Shown here piece after piece: positions 32,768-43,711 of a stretch of DNA of 64,000 nt. The notes below the pieces were generated by a model that saw only the letters and a list, made by a program, of their open reading frames with translations, searched no databases and was not told the DNA's origin. Both the position numbers and the translations under genes were made by a program. Source of the stretch: Nitrospirota bacterium (GTDB lineage Bacteria; Nitrospirota; UBA9217); NCBI GenBank assembly GCA_963845065.1, contig CAWJQQ010000002.1:512001-576000 (forward strand), written 5' to 3'. Position 1 is the first letter of the stretch. Each line of letters opens with the position of its first letter.

Positions 32768-33575
32768 CTATTTTTTGAAAATTTCTCCAAAGAACATCTT
32801 CATCTCATTCCACGACTCCTCGTCGGCCTTTTTGTTGTATGCGAGTGGAATATTAAACTTCTTCCCGTAAGCTGTCGCCTCGGGATTGGTGAAGCTATGT
32901 TCTGCCCCTGGATAAGCTATGAATTTATAATCTGCATTGGCGTTTGTCATTTCCTTCTTGAACGCCTCGATCTGTTCTGGGGTCGTGAACTTATCATCAG
33001 CGCCGTGGAGCACGAGGATCCTCGCCTTGATTTCACCTGGCTCCGCTGGTTTTATCGCCGTCAGCATGCCATGGAAGCTTACGACTCCTTTCAGGTCCGC
33101 ACCCTGCCTCGCCATATTCAAAACTACCCCGCCACCGAAACAGTAACCTATCGCTGCGATACGGTCGGGATCTACGGTTGGCTGTTTTTTCAATAATTCT
33201 TCCCCAGCCATAAATCGCGCTTTTGCCGTGTCGAAGTGCATCATGACTTCCGAAGAAAATTTTCCCGCATCATCGGGATGCATTGCTTGTTTTCCTTCTC
33301 CGTACATCGTCAACGGCAAGAGCTGTATACCCGAGTTTTGCAAGCATTCGTGCTCTCTTCCGTGCATAGTCGTTCAAACCCCACCACTCGTGAACCACGA
33401 GAATACCGGGAGCTTTCCCCTGTATTTTGTTATCATAGGCAAGATACCCCTTTAATGTAACGCCGTTGGCCGTATAGTCGACATTCTTTCCAACAACCTT
33501 GGCATGAACTGATGTCAATCCCACTACCATGACCATCAATGTTATGGTAACAAAAAAAATCGTAAATCGTTTCAT
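32768..33575 (-). pseudogene. Exported dienelactone hydrolase family protein with a +1 frameshift
   Basis: HEWWGLN in one frame, GYCFGG and HSFTNP in another; removing base ~33308 restores LAVDMYG. May be a sequencing error. Confidence 0.85.
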
Positions 33576-33737
33576 AACTGCCTCCTTAGATGTGATTTTT
33601 ATGAAACTTAAGGCATACATAAGATGAACTCTCTTCCCGCTTCTCTTTTTGTGAAGCAGAGTACCATCCATTCACTGTGCATGTGCTACCGTTATATTTA
33701 TTAATTGTACCAGATGAGAAGGGCAGATGGGGACAGA

Positions 33738-34202
33738 CTATCTGTTCCGTTCTTTTACAAAACGTTCCACTTCGCGCTTGGATTCCTTTTCCTTGATCGT
33801 TTCGCGTTTGTCGAATGTCTTCTTGCCCTTGGCCAGGCCGAGCAGGACCTTGGCCTTGCCGCGCATAAAGTAGATTTTGAGTGGGACGAGTGTGTAGCCT
33901 TTCAGCGTCATTTTGCCGATAAGCTTCCGGATCTCTTCTTTGTGCATCAAGAGCTTTCGTGTCCTGAGCGGCTCATGATTCATGATATTACCTTGGGGAT
34001 AGGGACTGATGTTCGCATTGAGCAGGAATATCTCGTTGTTCTTCATGATGGCATAGCTGTCCGTCAAGTTCGCGAGGCCGAGACGCAGCGACTTAACTTC
34101 CGTGCCCTGGAGCGACAGCCCTGCCTCGAAGGTTTCTTCAATGAAATAGTCATGATATGCCTTGCGGTTCGATGCTACCGCGTTATCCTTTTTTTCGGCC
34201 AT
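33738..34202 (-). CDS. smpB: SsrA-binding protein
   Basis: [23 protein letters not shown]. Confidence 0.97.
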   Translation of the reverse strand: MAEKKDNAVASNRKAYHDYFIEETFEAGLSLQGTEVKSLRLGLANLTDSYAIMKNNEIFLLNANISPYPQGNIMNHEPLRTRKLLMHKEEIRKLIGKMTLKGYTLVPLKIYFMRGKAKVLLGLAKGKKTFDKRETIKEKESKREVERFVKERNR

Positions 34203-34251
34203 AGTGAATGATACACGATGCAGGATGCTAGTTGCAAGATGATTCGGGATA

Positions 34252-34299
34252 TTTACGCACTCCCACCGGTAAAGCATGTGTGATTTCCCGCGCTATTTT
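34252..34299 (-). repeat. Solo IS605-like right end, family A copy 2
   Basis: ACGCACTCCCACCGGTAAAGCATGTGTGATTTCCCGCGCTATTTT, closely similar to the 6550 copy. Confidence 0.75.
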
Positions 34300-34434
34300 C
34301 TAATGCTTCCACATGTTCTCAGGTTAGCGGGAACAAAACTCTTTCGACTTCATATGTTCTATATTGATCTGCATCCAGAAGTTCATTATTTTTGATTTTA
34401 TTCGTTTTCACCTGTTTCTGTCTGTGACTTAAAA

Positions 34435-36609
34435 CTACATCAAATTCATCGGGTCAACATCCACGATCACCTTGCACTTCCTGCCATACTTCTCTTCTAC
34501 AGCCTTTTTCCCTTCGCTAGCAAGCATCCTTATCTTATCACGCTGCCGCGACAGAAGAAGTAGTTGAAATCGGAATTGACCGCGTACACGGGCGATGGGC
34601 GCTGGAGCGGGTCCAAGGAGAATGGTATCTTTCCCCCGCATTAAGTGACGAATGCGGTTCTGTGCTATCGACGCCGCCTCCGACGCCTGAATTGCCTGCG
34701 GGCTTTTGACCTCAATCTTGATGATCCTGCCTAAGGGAGGATAGTGAAGTTCCCTACGAAAAACGATCTCTTCATCATAAAACCCCTCGTAATTGTGGGT
34801 CTGGCTATGTCGGATCGAATAGTGGTTCGGGTTCATGGTCTGGATGACCACCTCGCCGCCCAATTCGCCCCTGCCCGCCCTGCCCGCTGCCTGGGTGATA
34901 AGCTGAAAGGTCTTTTCCGCAGACCGAAAGTCAGGCAAATTCAAACCCACGTCCGCATTAATAACGCCCACGAGCGTTACAGCGGGAAAGTCGTGGCCTT
35001 TTGCGATCATCTGCGTCCCGAGCAGTATATCCACCTCACGTTGGTCCACTTGCCGCAATAACCGTTCGTAGGCATCTCTTCCCTTAACGGTATCGCTGTC
35101 CATGCGTTTTAACCTCGCATCAGGAAATAGCGTATGCAGTTCTTCTTCGATCTTCTGTGTGCCAGAACCGATCAGTTTCAGTTCAATGCTCCGGCATGAC
35201 GGACACGCATCCGGAGGCTGAGAAAAAAAGCCACAGTAGTGGCACTTGAGCTTCCCTTCGCTCTTGTGAAAAGTGAGCGACACACTGCAGCTTGGGCATT
35301 TGACGGCTGTTCCGCAGTCCCGGCAGATGAGCACCGATGAAAATCCCCGGCGGTTCAACAGCAGCAGCGTCTGCTCTTTCTTTTCAAGCCGTATCTTGAT
35401 ATCTTCGATAAGCCGTGGTGAATAGAGGTTATTTTTCGGGAGCGTCTTGATGTCGATGATCCGTACTTCAGGCATGGGACGATGGTCCACCCGGTTCGCC
35501 AGCCGAAGATAGCGATACTTTCCGGATTTCGCATTATAAAAGCTTTCCAGGGACGGAGTGGCAGAGCCGAGCACAGCAATGGCATTCCCTAACTTGGCCC
35601 GCATGACCGCCACATCCCGCGCGTGATACCGGAGCCCCTCGTCCTGCTTATATGAATTTTCGTGCTCTTCATCAACGATGATAAGCCCGGCTTTGGCAAA
35701 AGGAGCAAAGACCGCGGACCGCGCACCGATGGCCACGTCCACGTGGCCCGACTGGATGCGGCGATATTCGTCAGAGCGCTCTCGTTCAGTGAGGCCACTG
35801 TGCAGCACAGCCACGCGGTCACCGAAGCGGCCGCGAAACCTGTTCAGGAGCTGCGGCGTGAGCGCGATCTCAGGGACAAGCACGATGGTGCCCTTTCCGG
35901 TCTTGGCCAGGCTAGCAATAGCGCGAAGATAGACCTCGGTCTTACCGCTGCCAGTGACGCCGTGAAGCAGAAAGACGGCGAAAGATTCATGGGAAACGGC
36001 TTCCTCAATTTTACCTACGGCATCTTCCTGTTCGGGCATAAGCTCGGGAGGCAATGTGGGCGGGATTTTTTTCTGTAGATCTACAGGTGATTCCCGTTCG
36101 ACAACTTCGATATAACCTGATTGTGACAGTGATTTGATAGTTGCAGTTGAAAATCCCGTTAACACGTCTAGCGCCATCTCGCCCTGTTTCCCAAGCATGG
36201 TGAGCAAAGCAATCTGTTTTTTCCCCTTCACTCGCTCGCCATCTGAGACCGAAGCCGGCACGAGGTGAACGAATTTTTTCTTTTTCGGTTTCGTGCGACC
36301 CACCGCTTTCGGCACGACAGCTTCAATGGTCAGGCCAAGCGGGTGCAGGTAGTAGTCCGCCATCCAGCGCGAAAGAGCGAGGAGTTCAGGCGTGAGCGGG
36401 TTGTCGAGGATATTGATGATGAACTTGAGGCCTGCGACATCAGCCGTTTCCAAAAAACCGACGACCGTGCCAGTGATGCGTCTGCTGCCGAACGGAACGA
36501 GCACGCGGGTCCCGGGCGCGAGGCCAGCCTTCATCTCTTCCGGGGCGCGATAGTGGAATGTTTTGTTTACGGAGACACCGACGGCTATATCAACGACGAG
36601 GTCGGTCAT
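34435..36609 (-). CDS. priA: Primosomal protein N'
   Basis: GVTGSGKTEVY, DEEHE, two zinc fingers, GTQMIAKG. Confidence 0.97.
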   Translation of the reverse strand: MTDLVVDIAVGVSVNKTFHYRAPEEMKAGLAPGTRVLVPFGSRRITGTVVGFLETADVAGLKFIINILDNPLTPELLALSRWMADYYLHPLGLTIEAVVPKAVGRTKPKKKKFVHLVPASVSDGERVKGKKQIALLTMLGKQGEMALDVLTGFSTATIKSLSQSGYIEVVERESPVDLQKKIPPTLPPELMPEQEDAVGKIEEAVSHESFAVFLLHGVTGSGKTEVYLRAIASLAKTGKGTIVLVPEIALTPQLLNRFRGRFGDRVAVLHSGLTERERSDEYRRIQSGHVDVAIGARSAVFAPFAKAGLIIVDEEHENSYKQDEGLRYHARDVAVMRAKLGNAIAVLGSATPSLESFYNAKSGKYRYLRLANRVDHRPMPEVRIIDIKTLPKNNLYSPRLIEDIKIRLEKKEQTLLLLNRRGFSSVLICRDCGTAVKCPSCSVSLTFHKSEGKLKCHYCGFFSQPPDACPSCRSIELKLIGSGTQKIEEELHTLFPDARLKRMDSDTVKGRDAYERLLRQVDQREVDILLGTQMIAKGHDFPAVTLVGVINADVGLNLPDFRSAEKTFQLITQAAGRAGRGELGGEVVIQTMNPNHYSIRHSQTHNYEGFYDEEIVFRRELHYPPLGRIIKIEVKSPQAIQASEAASIAQNRIRHLMRGKDTILLGPAPAPIARVRGQFRFQLLLLSRQRDKIRMLASEGKKAVEEKYGRKCKVIVDVDPMNLM

Positions 36610-36627
36610 GGGGTATGATCACGGGAG

Positions 36628-37179
36628 TCAGGAATCAAGGGGCATGGATAATTTACTTGGCTTCTGATTTTTGTCCTCGGTCTTTTGCTGTTTTTCCGCA
36701 GGGGAGTCCTTCAGCGTCTTCGTTTCCTTGTTGTTCAGGATATCCTTCAGCTCGCTCATAAACTCGTTAATATCCCGGAACGAGCGGTAAACCGAGGCGA
36801 AGCGCACATAGGCCACTTCGTCGAGTCTGTGGAGACGTTCCATCACTTCTTCGCCGATGGCCGTGCTCGGGATCTCCTTAAACCCTTTTTCCTGGAGCGC
36901 TTTCTCAATCTCATCGACGGTCTTCTCAAGGACATCCAGGCTGATCGGCCGCTTTTCGCATGCCTTCTTGAGGCCGTTCAGGATCTTAACCCGGTCAAAA
37001 GGCTCTCGTCTGCCGTCCTTTTTTATGACCGAAGGCAGCACATCTTCGACGCGTTCATAGGTGGTGAACCTGCCCCCGCACCTGAGACATTCCCGCCTTC
37101 TACGGATGGAATCCCCTTCCTTTCCCATCCGTGAATCGACGACCTTGTTGTCCATACTTGAGCAATGGGGACAGCGCAT
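36628..37179 (-). CDS. nrdR: Transcriptional repressor NrdR
   Basis: MRCPHC, RRRREC, ATP cone, AYVRFASVY. Confidence 0.96.
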   Translation of the reverse strand: MRCPHCSSMDNKVVDSRMGKEGDSIRRRRECLRCGGRFTTYERVEDVLPSVIKKDGRREPFDRVKILNGLKKACEKRPISLDVLEKTVDEIEKALQEKGFKEIPSTAIGEEVMERLHRLDEVAYVRFASVYRSFRDINEFMSELKDILNNKETKTLKDSPAEKQQKTEDKNQKPSKLSMPLDS

Positions 37180-37227
37180 AGGTTCAGTTCATGGCTCATG
37201 TTTAAGGTTCAAAGCATCCGGCCAGAT

Positions 37228-37683
37228 TCACTTCTTGTACTGCGTGATCGTCAGCCCGGACTCCTTCAACATCTCGGCTGCGAGGGCATCAGGGTAGCCG
37301 TCTTCGAAGATAAGATGCTTGACGCCCGCGTTAATAATCATCTTGGCGCAGATGCCGCAGGGCTGGTTCGTGCAATAGAGTGTTGAGCCTTCGATGTTCG
37401 TTCCGTGCTTGGCGGCCTGGATGATGGCGTTCTGTTCGGCGTGGAGCCCGCGGCAAATCTCGTGCCGCTCGCCGGAAGGGATGCCCAGCTGCTCACGCAG
37501 GCACCCGCGGTCCAAGCAGTGCGCAATGCCGGACGGCGTGCCGTTGTAGCCCGTGGCAAGGATGTTTTTGTCTTTCACAAGCACGGCGCCCACTTGGCGG
37601 CGGAGACAGGTGGCGCGCTTCTTCACCAGGTGCGCAATTTCCATGAAATATTCATCCCACGCGGGGCGAGTGTGATTAGGCAT
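37228..37683 (-). CDS. Deoxycytidylate deaminase family protein
   Basis: TGYNG, HAEQNA, PCGIC. Confidence 0.93.
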   Translation of the reverse strand: MPNHTRPAWDEYFMEIAHLVKKRATCLRRQVGAVLVKDKNILATGYNGTPSGIAHCLDRGCLREQLGIPSGERHEICRGLHAEQNAIIQAAKHGTNIEGSTLYCTNQPCGICAKMIINAGVKHLIFEDGYPDALAAEMLKESGLTITQYKK

Positions 37684-38929
37684 TGACTTTTTCCATCGCG
37701 AACATTGGGAACTTGCTGCAGAACGCCTTGACCCGCTCCTTAATTGCAGCAAGCTTTTCTGGAAAGTGACCGTTGGCAAGCGTTTCACAGATGAGATCGC
37801 CGACCACCTTCATGTCAGCCTCGCGCATGCCGCGCGTCGTCACGATTGGCGTGCCGAGTCTGATGCCACTCGTCGTTACAGGCGGCTTCTGGTCAAAGGG
37901 AATACTGTTCTTGTTGCATGTGATGCCCGCCGCATCAAGCCAGGTTTCGGCGTCCTTGCCCGTGAGGTTTTTTGGAGTGAGATCCACGAGCATGAGATGG
38001 TTTTCCGTTGCGCCCGAAACAATGCGGAAACCGTCTGCCATCAGTCGCCTTGCCAAAGCCGCGGCGTTGTTCTTTACCTGGCGCTGGTAATCCTTGAACT
38101 CGGGAGCGAGCGCTTCCTTGAACGAGACTGCCTTGGCTGCTATCACGTGAACAAGGGGTCCTCCCTGAATGCCCGGAAAAATGACTTTGTCTATGGCTCT
38201 GCCGAATTTCTCTTTGCACATGATCATGCCACCGCGCGGGCCGCGCAAGGTCTTGTGCGTCGTCGTAGTAACGAAGTCGGCAACAGGCACGGGGTTCGGA
38301 TGCTCACCCGCCGCGACCAGACCTGCGATGTGTGCAATATCGGCCGTGAGGTAGGCGCCTACCTTGTCCGCAATCTTCCGGAACCGGGCGAAATCGAGGA
38401 TCCTCGAATAAGCGCTGTAGCCGCAGACGATCATCTTGGGCTTGTGCTCAACAGCCAGCCGCTCAACCTCGCCGTAATCTAGGAGTTCTGTTATCTTGTC
38501 CACGCCGTAAGAAAAAGACTTGTAGAGCTGGCCCGAGAAGTTAACACTTGCCCCGTGGGTTAAATGTCCGCCATGTGGGAGCCCCATGCCGAGGATCGTG
38601 TCTCCTGGCTTGAGAACGCTGAAGTAGACGGCCATGTTCGCCGAGGAACCAGAATGCGGCTGCACATTCACGTGCTCCGCCCCGAAGAGCTGCTTTGCCC
38701 GCTCAATTGCAAGCAACTCCACGGCGTCCGCGAACTGACACCCGCCGTAGTAGCGGCGGTTAGGATAGCCTTCCGCGTATTTATTGGTAAAAACAGAGCC
38801 CTGCGCTTCAAGCACGGCATTGCTTACATAGTTTTCCGATGCGATGAGAACGATCTTAGAGAGCTCACGCTCCTCCTCGCCTTTGATTGCATTGTACACG
38901 TCGGGGTCCGTCTGGTTCAGTTCAGACAT
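37676..38929 (-). CDS. glyA: Serine hydroxymethyltransferase
   Basis: [27 protein letters not shown]. Confidence 0.98.
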   Translation of the reverse strand: MSELNQTDPDVYNAIKGEEERELSKIVLIASENYVSNAVLEAQGSVFTNKYAEGYPNRRYYGGCQFADAVELLAIERAKQLFGAEHVNVQPHSGSSANMAVYFSVLKPGDTILGMGLPHGGHLTHGASVNFSGQLYKSFSYGVDKITELLDYGEVERLAVEHKPKMIVCGYSAYSRILDFARFRKIADKVGAYLTADIAHIAGLVAAGEHPNPVPVADFVTTTTHKTLRGPRGGMIMCKEKFGRAIDKVIFPGIQGGPLVHVIAAKAVSFKEALAPEFKDYQRQVKNNAAALARRLMADGFRIVSGATENHLMLVDLTPKNLTGKDAETWLDAAGITCNKNSIPFDQKPPVTTSGIRLGTPIVTTRGMREADMKVVGDLICETLANGHFPEKLAAIKERVKAFCSKFPMFAMEKVNA

Positions 38930-39086
38930 TGCGTCATCCTTTGCGTGATTTTTCTATATTCCTAAGCTGTATAAACCGGAGTTAAAACCTTTAAACCGCC
39001 ATTATTGTGAAAAAATGCATGCCACAAATATTTGAGCTTGCGAACTTCTTCAAGTTCTCCTAGCGTTCACGGTAGCTGGTTTTGAA

Positions 39087-39542
39087 TTATTTCATGCTGA
39101 CGGATTTTTCAATATCTTTGATCTTGTCGAGCCGCTTCTGGTGCCTGCCGCCGGCGAAATCCGTATCGAGCCAAGTCTTCACGATCTCCAAAGCCACGCC
39201 CTTGCCAATGACCCGCTCGCCCATAACGAGGACGTTCGCGTCATTGTGCTCCCGGCTCATCTGCGCCGTGAAATGGTCGTGGCAGAGTGCAGCGCGCACG
39301 TTAGAGTAACGGTTCGCAACGATCGACATGCCAATGCCGGTGCCGCAGATCAAAATGCCACGGTCCATCGTGCCTTTTGATACCGCCTCGGCTACCTTGG
39401 CGCCGAAATCCGGGTAGTCAACGGACTCCCTGCCTGCAGGCCCGAAATCGGAGACCTGGATATTGGCTACTGCCTTAATGAATTTGAGGATTTCTTCCTT
39501 AAGTTCAAAACCGCCATGGTCGCAGCCAATAGCCAATTTCAT
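39087..39542 (-). CDS. rpiB: Ribose-5-phosphate isomerase B
   Basis: GCDHGG, DYPD, CGTGIG, HNDAN. Confidence 0.96.
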   Translation of the reverse strand: MKLAIGCDHGGFELKEEILKFIKAVANIQVSDFGPAGRESVDYPDFGAKVAEAVSKGTMDRGILICGTGIGMSIVANRYSNVRAALCHDHFTAQMSREHNDANVLVMGERVIGKGVALEIVKTWLDTDFAGGRHQKRLDKIKDIEKSVSMK

Positions 39543-39717
39543 GCACTGCCCACCTTTCCACAGAAGTTGATATTAACATCTCAACCGTTTTTGTGTCAAG
39601 GGAAATACCCGGGGAAAATCCTATCATCTGATAGCAGCAGGTTACGGCCTGCTTGATTTTGAAGGGCTTTTACTCGTCCTGAACGATGCGGCTGCATCTT
39701 CCGACGGTTAGAGGCCC

Positions 39718-39760
39718 CGCGTGAGAAACCCCACATGCTTTAGCGGTGGAAAAGCGCTAA
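39718..39760 (+). repeat. Solo IS605-like right end, family A copy 3
   Basis: GAAACCCCACATGCTTTAGCGGTGG, opposite orientation to the other copies. Confidence 0.7.
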
Positions 39761-40019
39761 ACACATATAGTTAACAAATGTTTACTATTGCGATATCATA
39801 GAACCATGCTTTGCAACAGGGAAATAGTTCCTTGCTTTATTCTTTGACCCAAAAATATGGGGTACGGCAAGAAGGTTGAGTAAGACTTTTGATCGCTAGA
39901 ACGTGAGACCAAAATGGTGGGGACGTCCAACCATTGGAAGAGGAGCAGCAAGATTGTTGATGCTGACAGCATCTCCGTTCGCATTTCAGGATCACTCATG
40001 CCTTAGCGATGGAAGTACG

Positions 40020-40754
40020 TCAAAGATATTCATACTTGATCATACTGAGAACTGCCATTGCTGCTGTCTCGGTACGGAGAATGTTCGGCCCCAGACTGAC
40101 TTGATGGAAACCTTTGTCCTGCGCCGCCGTTGCTTCGGCTGATGAAAAGCCACCTTCAGGCCCGATGAGGACGATGATGTCTCGCACTTCAGGTTTCTGT
40201 CGCAAGATATTTTTTATAGGATCAGTCCCTTCTTCCCAGGGTAGGAGTAAAAGTGGCCGTGATCCAACATCTAGGGTTTCGATGAAATCCGAAAATGTCC
40301 TTAAGCCGGCCACCTGCGGAATATCGGTTCTGCTGCTCTGCATGGCCGCTTCCCTGGCGATCTTCTGCCACCGCACGATCCGTTTTTCTTCATTTTTTAT
40401 CTTAATGACCGTTCGCGCAGTCACTATAGGGACGATGCTCGAAACGCCGAGCTCCGTCGCTTTCTGAACAATGAAATCCATCTTATCCGCTTTCGGTAAG
40501 CCCTGCCCGAGAGTAATGCGAATGTTTGGAAGTTCCTTTTTCGACTGACTCACAATTTCTGTTTTGATTTCGGACCGACCAATATCAGCGATCTTCACTG
40601 TAAACTCAGACCCTTTGCCGTCGCACAGCAGGAGTTTGTCGCCGGCCTTCATGCGCATGACCATAGCGATATGGCGGACGTCCTCGCCAGCTATCATGAT
40701 AGCTCTGCCGGAGACCTGGGTGGAGGATATGAAAAAACGAGGGAGTCTGGGCAT
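40020..40754 (-). CDS. rsmE: 16S rRNA m3U1498 methyltransferase
   Basis: QKATELG, IGPEGG, LGPNILRTETA. Confidence 0.96.
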   Translation of the reverse strand: MPRLPRFFISSTQVSGRAIMIAGEDVRHIAMVMRMKAGDKLLLCDGKGSEFTVKIADIGRSEIKTEIVSQSKKELPNIRITLGQGLPKADKMDFIVQKATELGVSSIVPIVTARTVIKIKNEEKRIVRWQKIAREAAMQSSRTDIPQVAGLRTFSDFIETLDVGSRPLLLLPWEEGTDPIKNILRQKPEVRDIIVLIGPEGGFSSAEATAAQDKGFHQVSLGPNILRTETAAMAVLSMIKYEYL

Positions 40755-40833
40755 ATGAAATGTTCAGAGTGATAAATGTGGAATTCTATGAAATGCAGCC
40801 TTTTTCTGCGTTCGTCGTGATAAAATCATTTTT

Positions 40834-42363
40834 TTAGCCCTTTGGCTTCTGCCCTTCTTGCTTACCTCTTTTGCCGCTTCTCCGCCCGCGACGCATCGGT
40901 CGTGCTTTGTGCCCTGCTCTTTTCTGCTTTTCCTTATCCTTGTTGATCTCTTCGCCGGCCGGGATCGGATTTGCCTTGATAAAATCCTTCCACCAAGATA
41001 GAAGCTCTTTGCGTTCGCCCGTGACCTCGCTTGTAAAGCGCAAATACTCAAAGGCGTCTTCAAAACCAGCCCGCCGCTGGAAGTAGCGAGGATGCCTTCC
41101 TTCCCGCTTCTCGAACCGGTGCTGGTTCCAGTACATATCGCGCATCGGCAAGCCGACCTTCCGGGGGATCATCACGCGCAGTGCATGCTCGGAAATAACC
41201 TCTGCTACTGCTTTCGTCATGGCGTCCAGCGCATGGGATCCAGATCTCATTATTCCGGCAGCTTTCTCCTCGATATACTGGCCGAACATTAGGCCAAAAA
41301 GGATATGGGGCTCTACTCTCCGGCCTCCTTGCACATACGTATCGACCCATTCCAGAGCTTTTCCGATCCATATGTGCGGGAAGCCGCTTTCCTCGGTATC
41401 AACCCACTCATTGAGGTGCGGAAAGATCACACCAAAAAGCCCTGTCTTGCGCAGGAGTTGGTAGGTCTTTTCGCCTTCTCCGAGCAGGAAAAGCTTTAGT
41501 ACTTCTTCGTACATGCGCGCGGGCGAGGCGAGCGCCACCTTTTCCTTCAACTCGAGTATGGCACCGTACGTTTTCTCTTCGATCTCGAACCCGAGCATGG
41601 CGGCAAAACGCACGGCACGCACCATACGCACCGGGTCCTCGGTAAATCGCACCAGGGGATCGCCGATGGTACGGATAAGCCCATTTTGCAGGTCCTGCAT
41701 CCCTCCGACGTAATCGATGACCGAGAAATCAACAATTGCATAAAAAAGCGCATTCACCGTGAAATCGCGTCTCAGCGCATCTTCTTCGGGCGTACCAAAC
41801 ACGTTGTCGCGCAGGATCATTCCGTCCTCAGTCTTAAGCATGCGCGGAGGACGGGGTTTGACTGAGACTGTGGACGAAGCCGCAATAGCGGGAGCTTCCG
41901 GAGATTCAATCGTTGAAGGCTGCATCGCACCTTGTCCAGGGAGCCCGAAGGAAGTCGGCTCTCCCTGTCCTGCTTGTTCGGGAACGATGACTGTCGTTTC
42001 TTGTTCAACAGGTACTTCCACTGCTTCTTCCAGAGCATTGGAGCGAAATGTCGCAACCTCGACAATTTCGTCGTGGAAGTGGATATGTGCCAGGCGAAAA
42101 CGCTTTCCGATTAGCCGGCAGTTGCGGAAGATCTTCTTCACTTCATGCGGCTTGGCGTCCGTGGCAATGTCGAAGTCCTTCGGCTCGCGCCCAAGCAGGA
42201 GGTCGCGCACGCCTCCGCCGACGAGATATGCAAAGTATCCCTGTTCTTTCAGACGGTAGAGGACCCGGACTGCGTTGGGACTGATCCACTTGCGTGAGAT
42301 GTCATGTTCAGAACGAGGGATGATCGTAGGTTGAATAGGACTCACGAGCACGTATATTATCAT
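40834..42363 (-). CDS. pcnB: Poly(A) polymerase I
   Basis: VGGGVRD, KDFD, PAP signature LIGKRFRLAHIHF, RRDFTVNAL, basic C-terminal tail; start uncertain. Confidence 0.92.
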   Translation of the reverse strand: MIIYVLVSPIQPTIIPRSEHDISRKWISPNAVRVLYRLKEQGYFAYLVGGGVRDLLLGREPKDFDIATDAKPHEVKKIFRNCRLIGKRFRLAHIHFHDEIVEVATFRSNALEEAVEVPVEQETTVIVPEQAGQGEPTSFGLPGQGAMQPSTIESPEAPAIAASSTVSVKPRPPRMLKTEDGMILRDNVFGTPEEDALRRDFTVNALFYAIVDFSVIDYVGGMQDLQNGLIRTIGDPLVRFTEDPVRMVRAVRFAAMLGFEIEEKTYGAILELKEKVALASPARMYEEVLKLFLLGEGEKTYQLLRKTGLFGVIFPHLNEWVDTEESGFPHIWIGKALEWVDTYVQGGRRVEPHILFGLMFGQYIEEKAAGIMRSGSHALDAMTKAVAEVISEHALRVMIPRKVGLPMRDMYWNQHRFEKREGRHPRYFQRRAGFEDAFEYLRFTSEVTGERKELLSWWKDFIKANPIPAGEEINKDKEKQKRAGHKARPMRRGRRSGKRGKQEGQKPKG

Positions 42364-42434
42364 ATCCGGAGGGAAAAGGTAAAGAGAAGAGAATGTATTC
42401 GTGCTCATGCTTTGGAATTTTTTTATCGAACCTT

Positions 42435-43010
42435 CTCAAAATTCCCATGGTTTTAACCTCGGGGAATAGTCAGGGATAAGAGTCTAATCTTAGCATCTCT
42501 ATGGCGCCTTCCCGCTATTGCTCGATGCGCATCATTGAATTCCATGGGTTTCAGCCCAAGCAAGACATCGGCGCAAAAGACCCCTAGGAAGTGGTCGAGG
42601 GCAATCTCGCAAAAATACCTTCCCTGCCTCTTAGATCGAAAAGACAAGCATGGGGTACAGACTCACGCTCTTTACTGCCGGACTAGTACGTCAGACAGGT
42701 TTAGTTTTGCAGAAGGATCCGAGGTGTAAACCGTTTCTCTGCACAGTTGGTTCAGGAAGGCCTGCCAAAAGAGAAGACAAAGAACAAGGTTTCCAACAAT
42801 GCGGTTTCCCTGGACATCGGCCCATCGACCTGTGCGCCTTATACTCCTCTCTACGCCGATCTCCAGCAGTTCTGCAAGGTGCTTACTGGTACAGAAGAAA
42901 ATCAGAGTACTGCAACGTACACTCGACCCGTCCAGAGGGGCAAACAACCAGAAAAACTACGTCATAGACGCACGGTCAGGAAAGGCGGCAAGAAGTGGGT
43001 TGCCCGATCT
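42435..43010 (+). pseudogene. tnpB: Heavily degraded relative of the tnpB element (copy 4)
   Basis: Left-end-like hairpin CCCATGGTTTTAACCTCGGGG; fragments CLLDRKDKHGVQTHAL, AQLV, VSLDIGPST. Confidence 0.75.
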
Positions 43011-43201
43011 GGAATGCAAGAACGCCTGCTGCGGGGAACCATGTTTTCGGAGACGCACCAGCGTTCAGCGCCGCCTCACGTCCTGTTCCCATCCCGACGC
43101 AAGCCTAGCGTCCGGTCCCCATCCCTTCCATCCTCATCGTACAACAGCCGGCCAAGCTATAAACAAAGACCGCAAGAAAAAGAAGGTGACATGATATCTG
43201 A

Positions 43202-43576
43202 TCATATATTCTCGACTCGTATGCTCCTTGCCCCTTTGGCATTTTTTAATACTGTTGCGTCACCAGTGATCCTTCCGACAATGTTCACGGCGCTGGCTGG
43301 CACGGGATCGCTGCCTTTGCTCATGGGTGTGGGGCCGAAAAAAATGGCAAGAGCATTTCCTGGCGGCCAGAATCCGATTTCCCCTACTTTCACACGTGTA
43401 GTTGCGGTATCATCCAGAGGTGTCTTCACCGGGATCTCGAAATAGAACTCATCCCCCCACACGTCCGGCCTTGTCTCGAAAGGAAGTACGCTGGCAATCG
43501 CTGTCGCACAAGGGGTATCAAATAGCTCGGCATCCAGAGAGATATTGTTAATAATGATCTTTATTCGTGTCGGCAT
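43202..43576 (-). CDS. Cyclophilin-like fold protein (DUF369)
   Basis: WGDEFYF, WPPGNALAIFFGPTP. Confidence 0.9.
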   Translation of the reverse strand: MPTRIKIIINNISLDAELFDTPCATAIASVLPFETRPDVWGDEFYFEIPVKTPLDDTATTRVKVGEIGFWPPGNALAIFFGPTPMSKGSDPVPASAVNIVGRITGDATVLKNAKGARSIRVENI

Positions 43577-43711
43577 AAGGGCGTCTTTCCTTTGGTCTGG
43601 TGAGTATAATTACAAAATTAACTATGTTCCGCTTTAGAGATTGAATAGGCCGTAAGCATTCGCTTTCTACCTATTCCACTTCTCACCGGGAGAGGTTAGG
43701 GGAGGTGCCTT

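Noticed and set aside
33600..34430. tmRNA gene beside smpB
   Set aside because: No GGGG…CCACCA tRNA-like ends found; the hairpin at 34252 belongs to the IS-end repeat family
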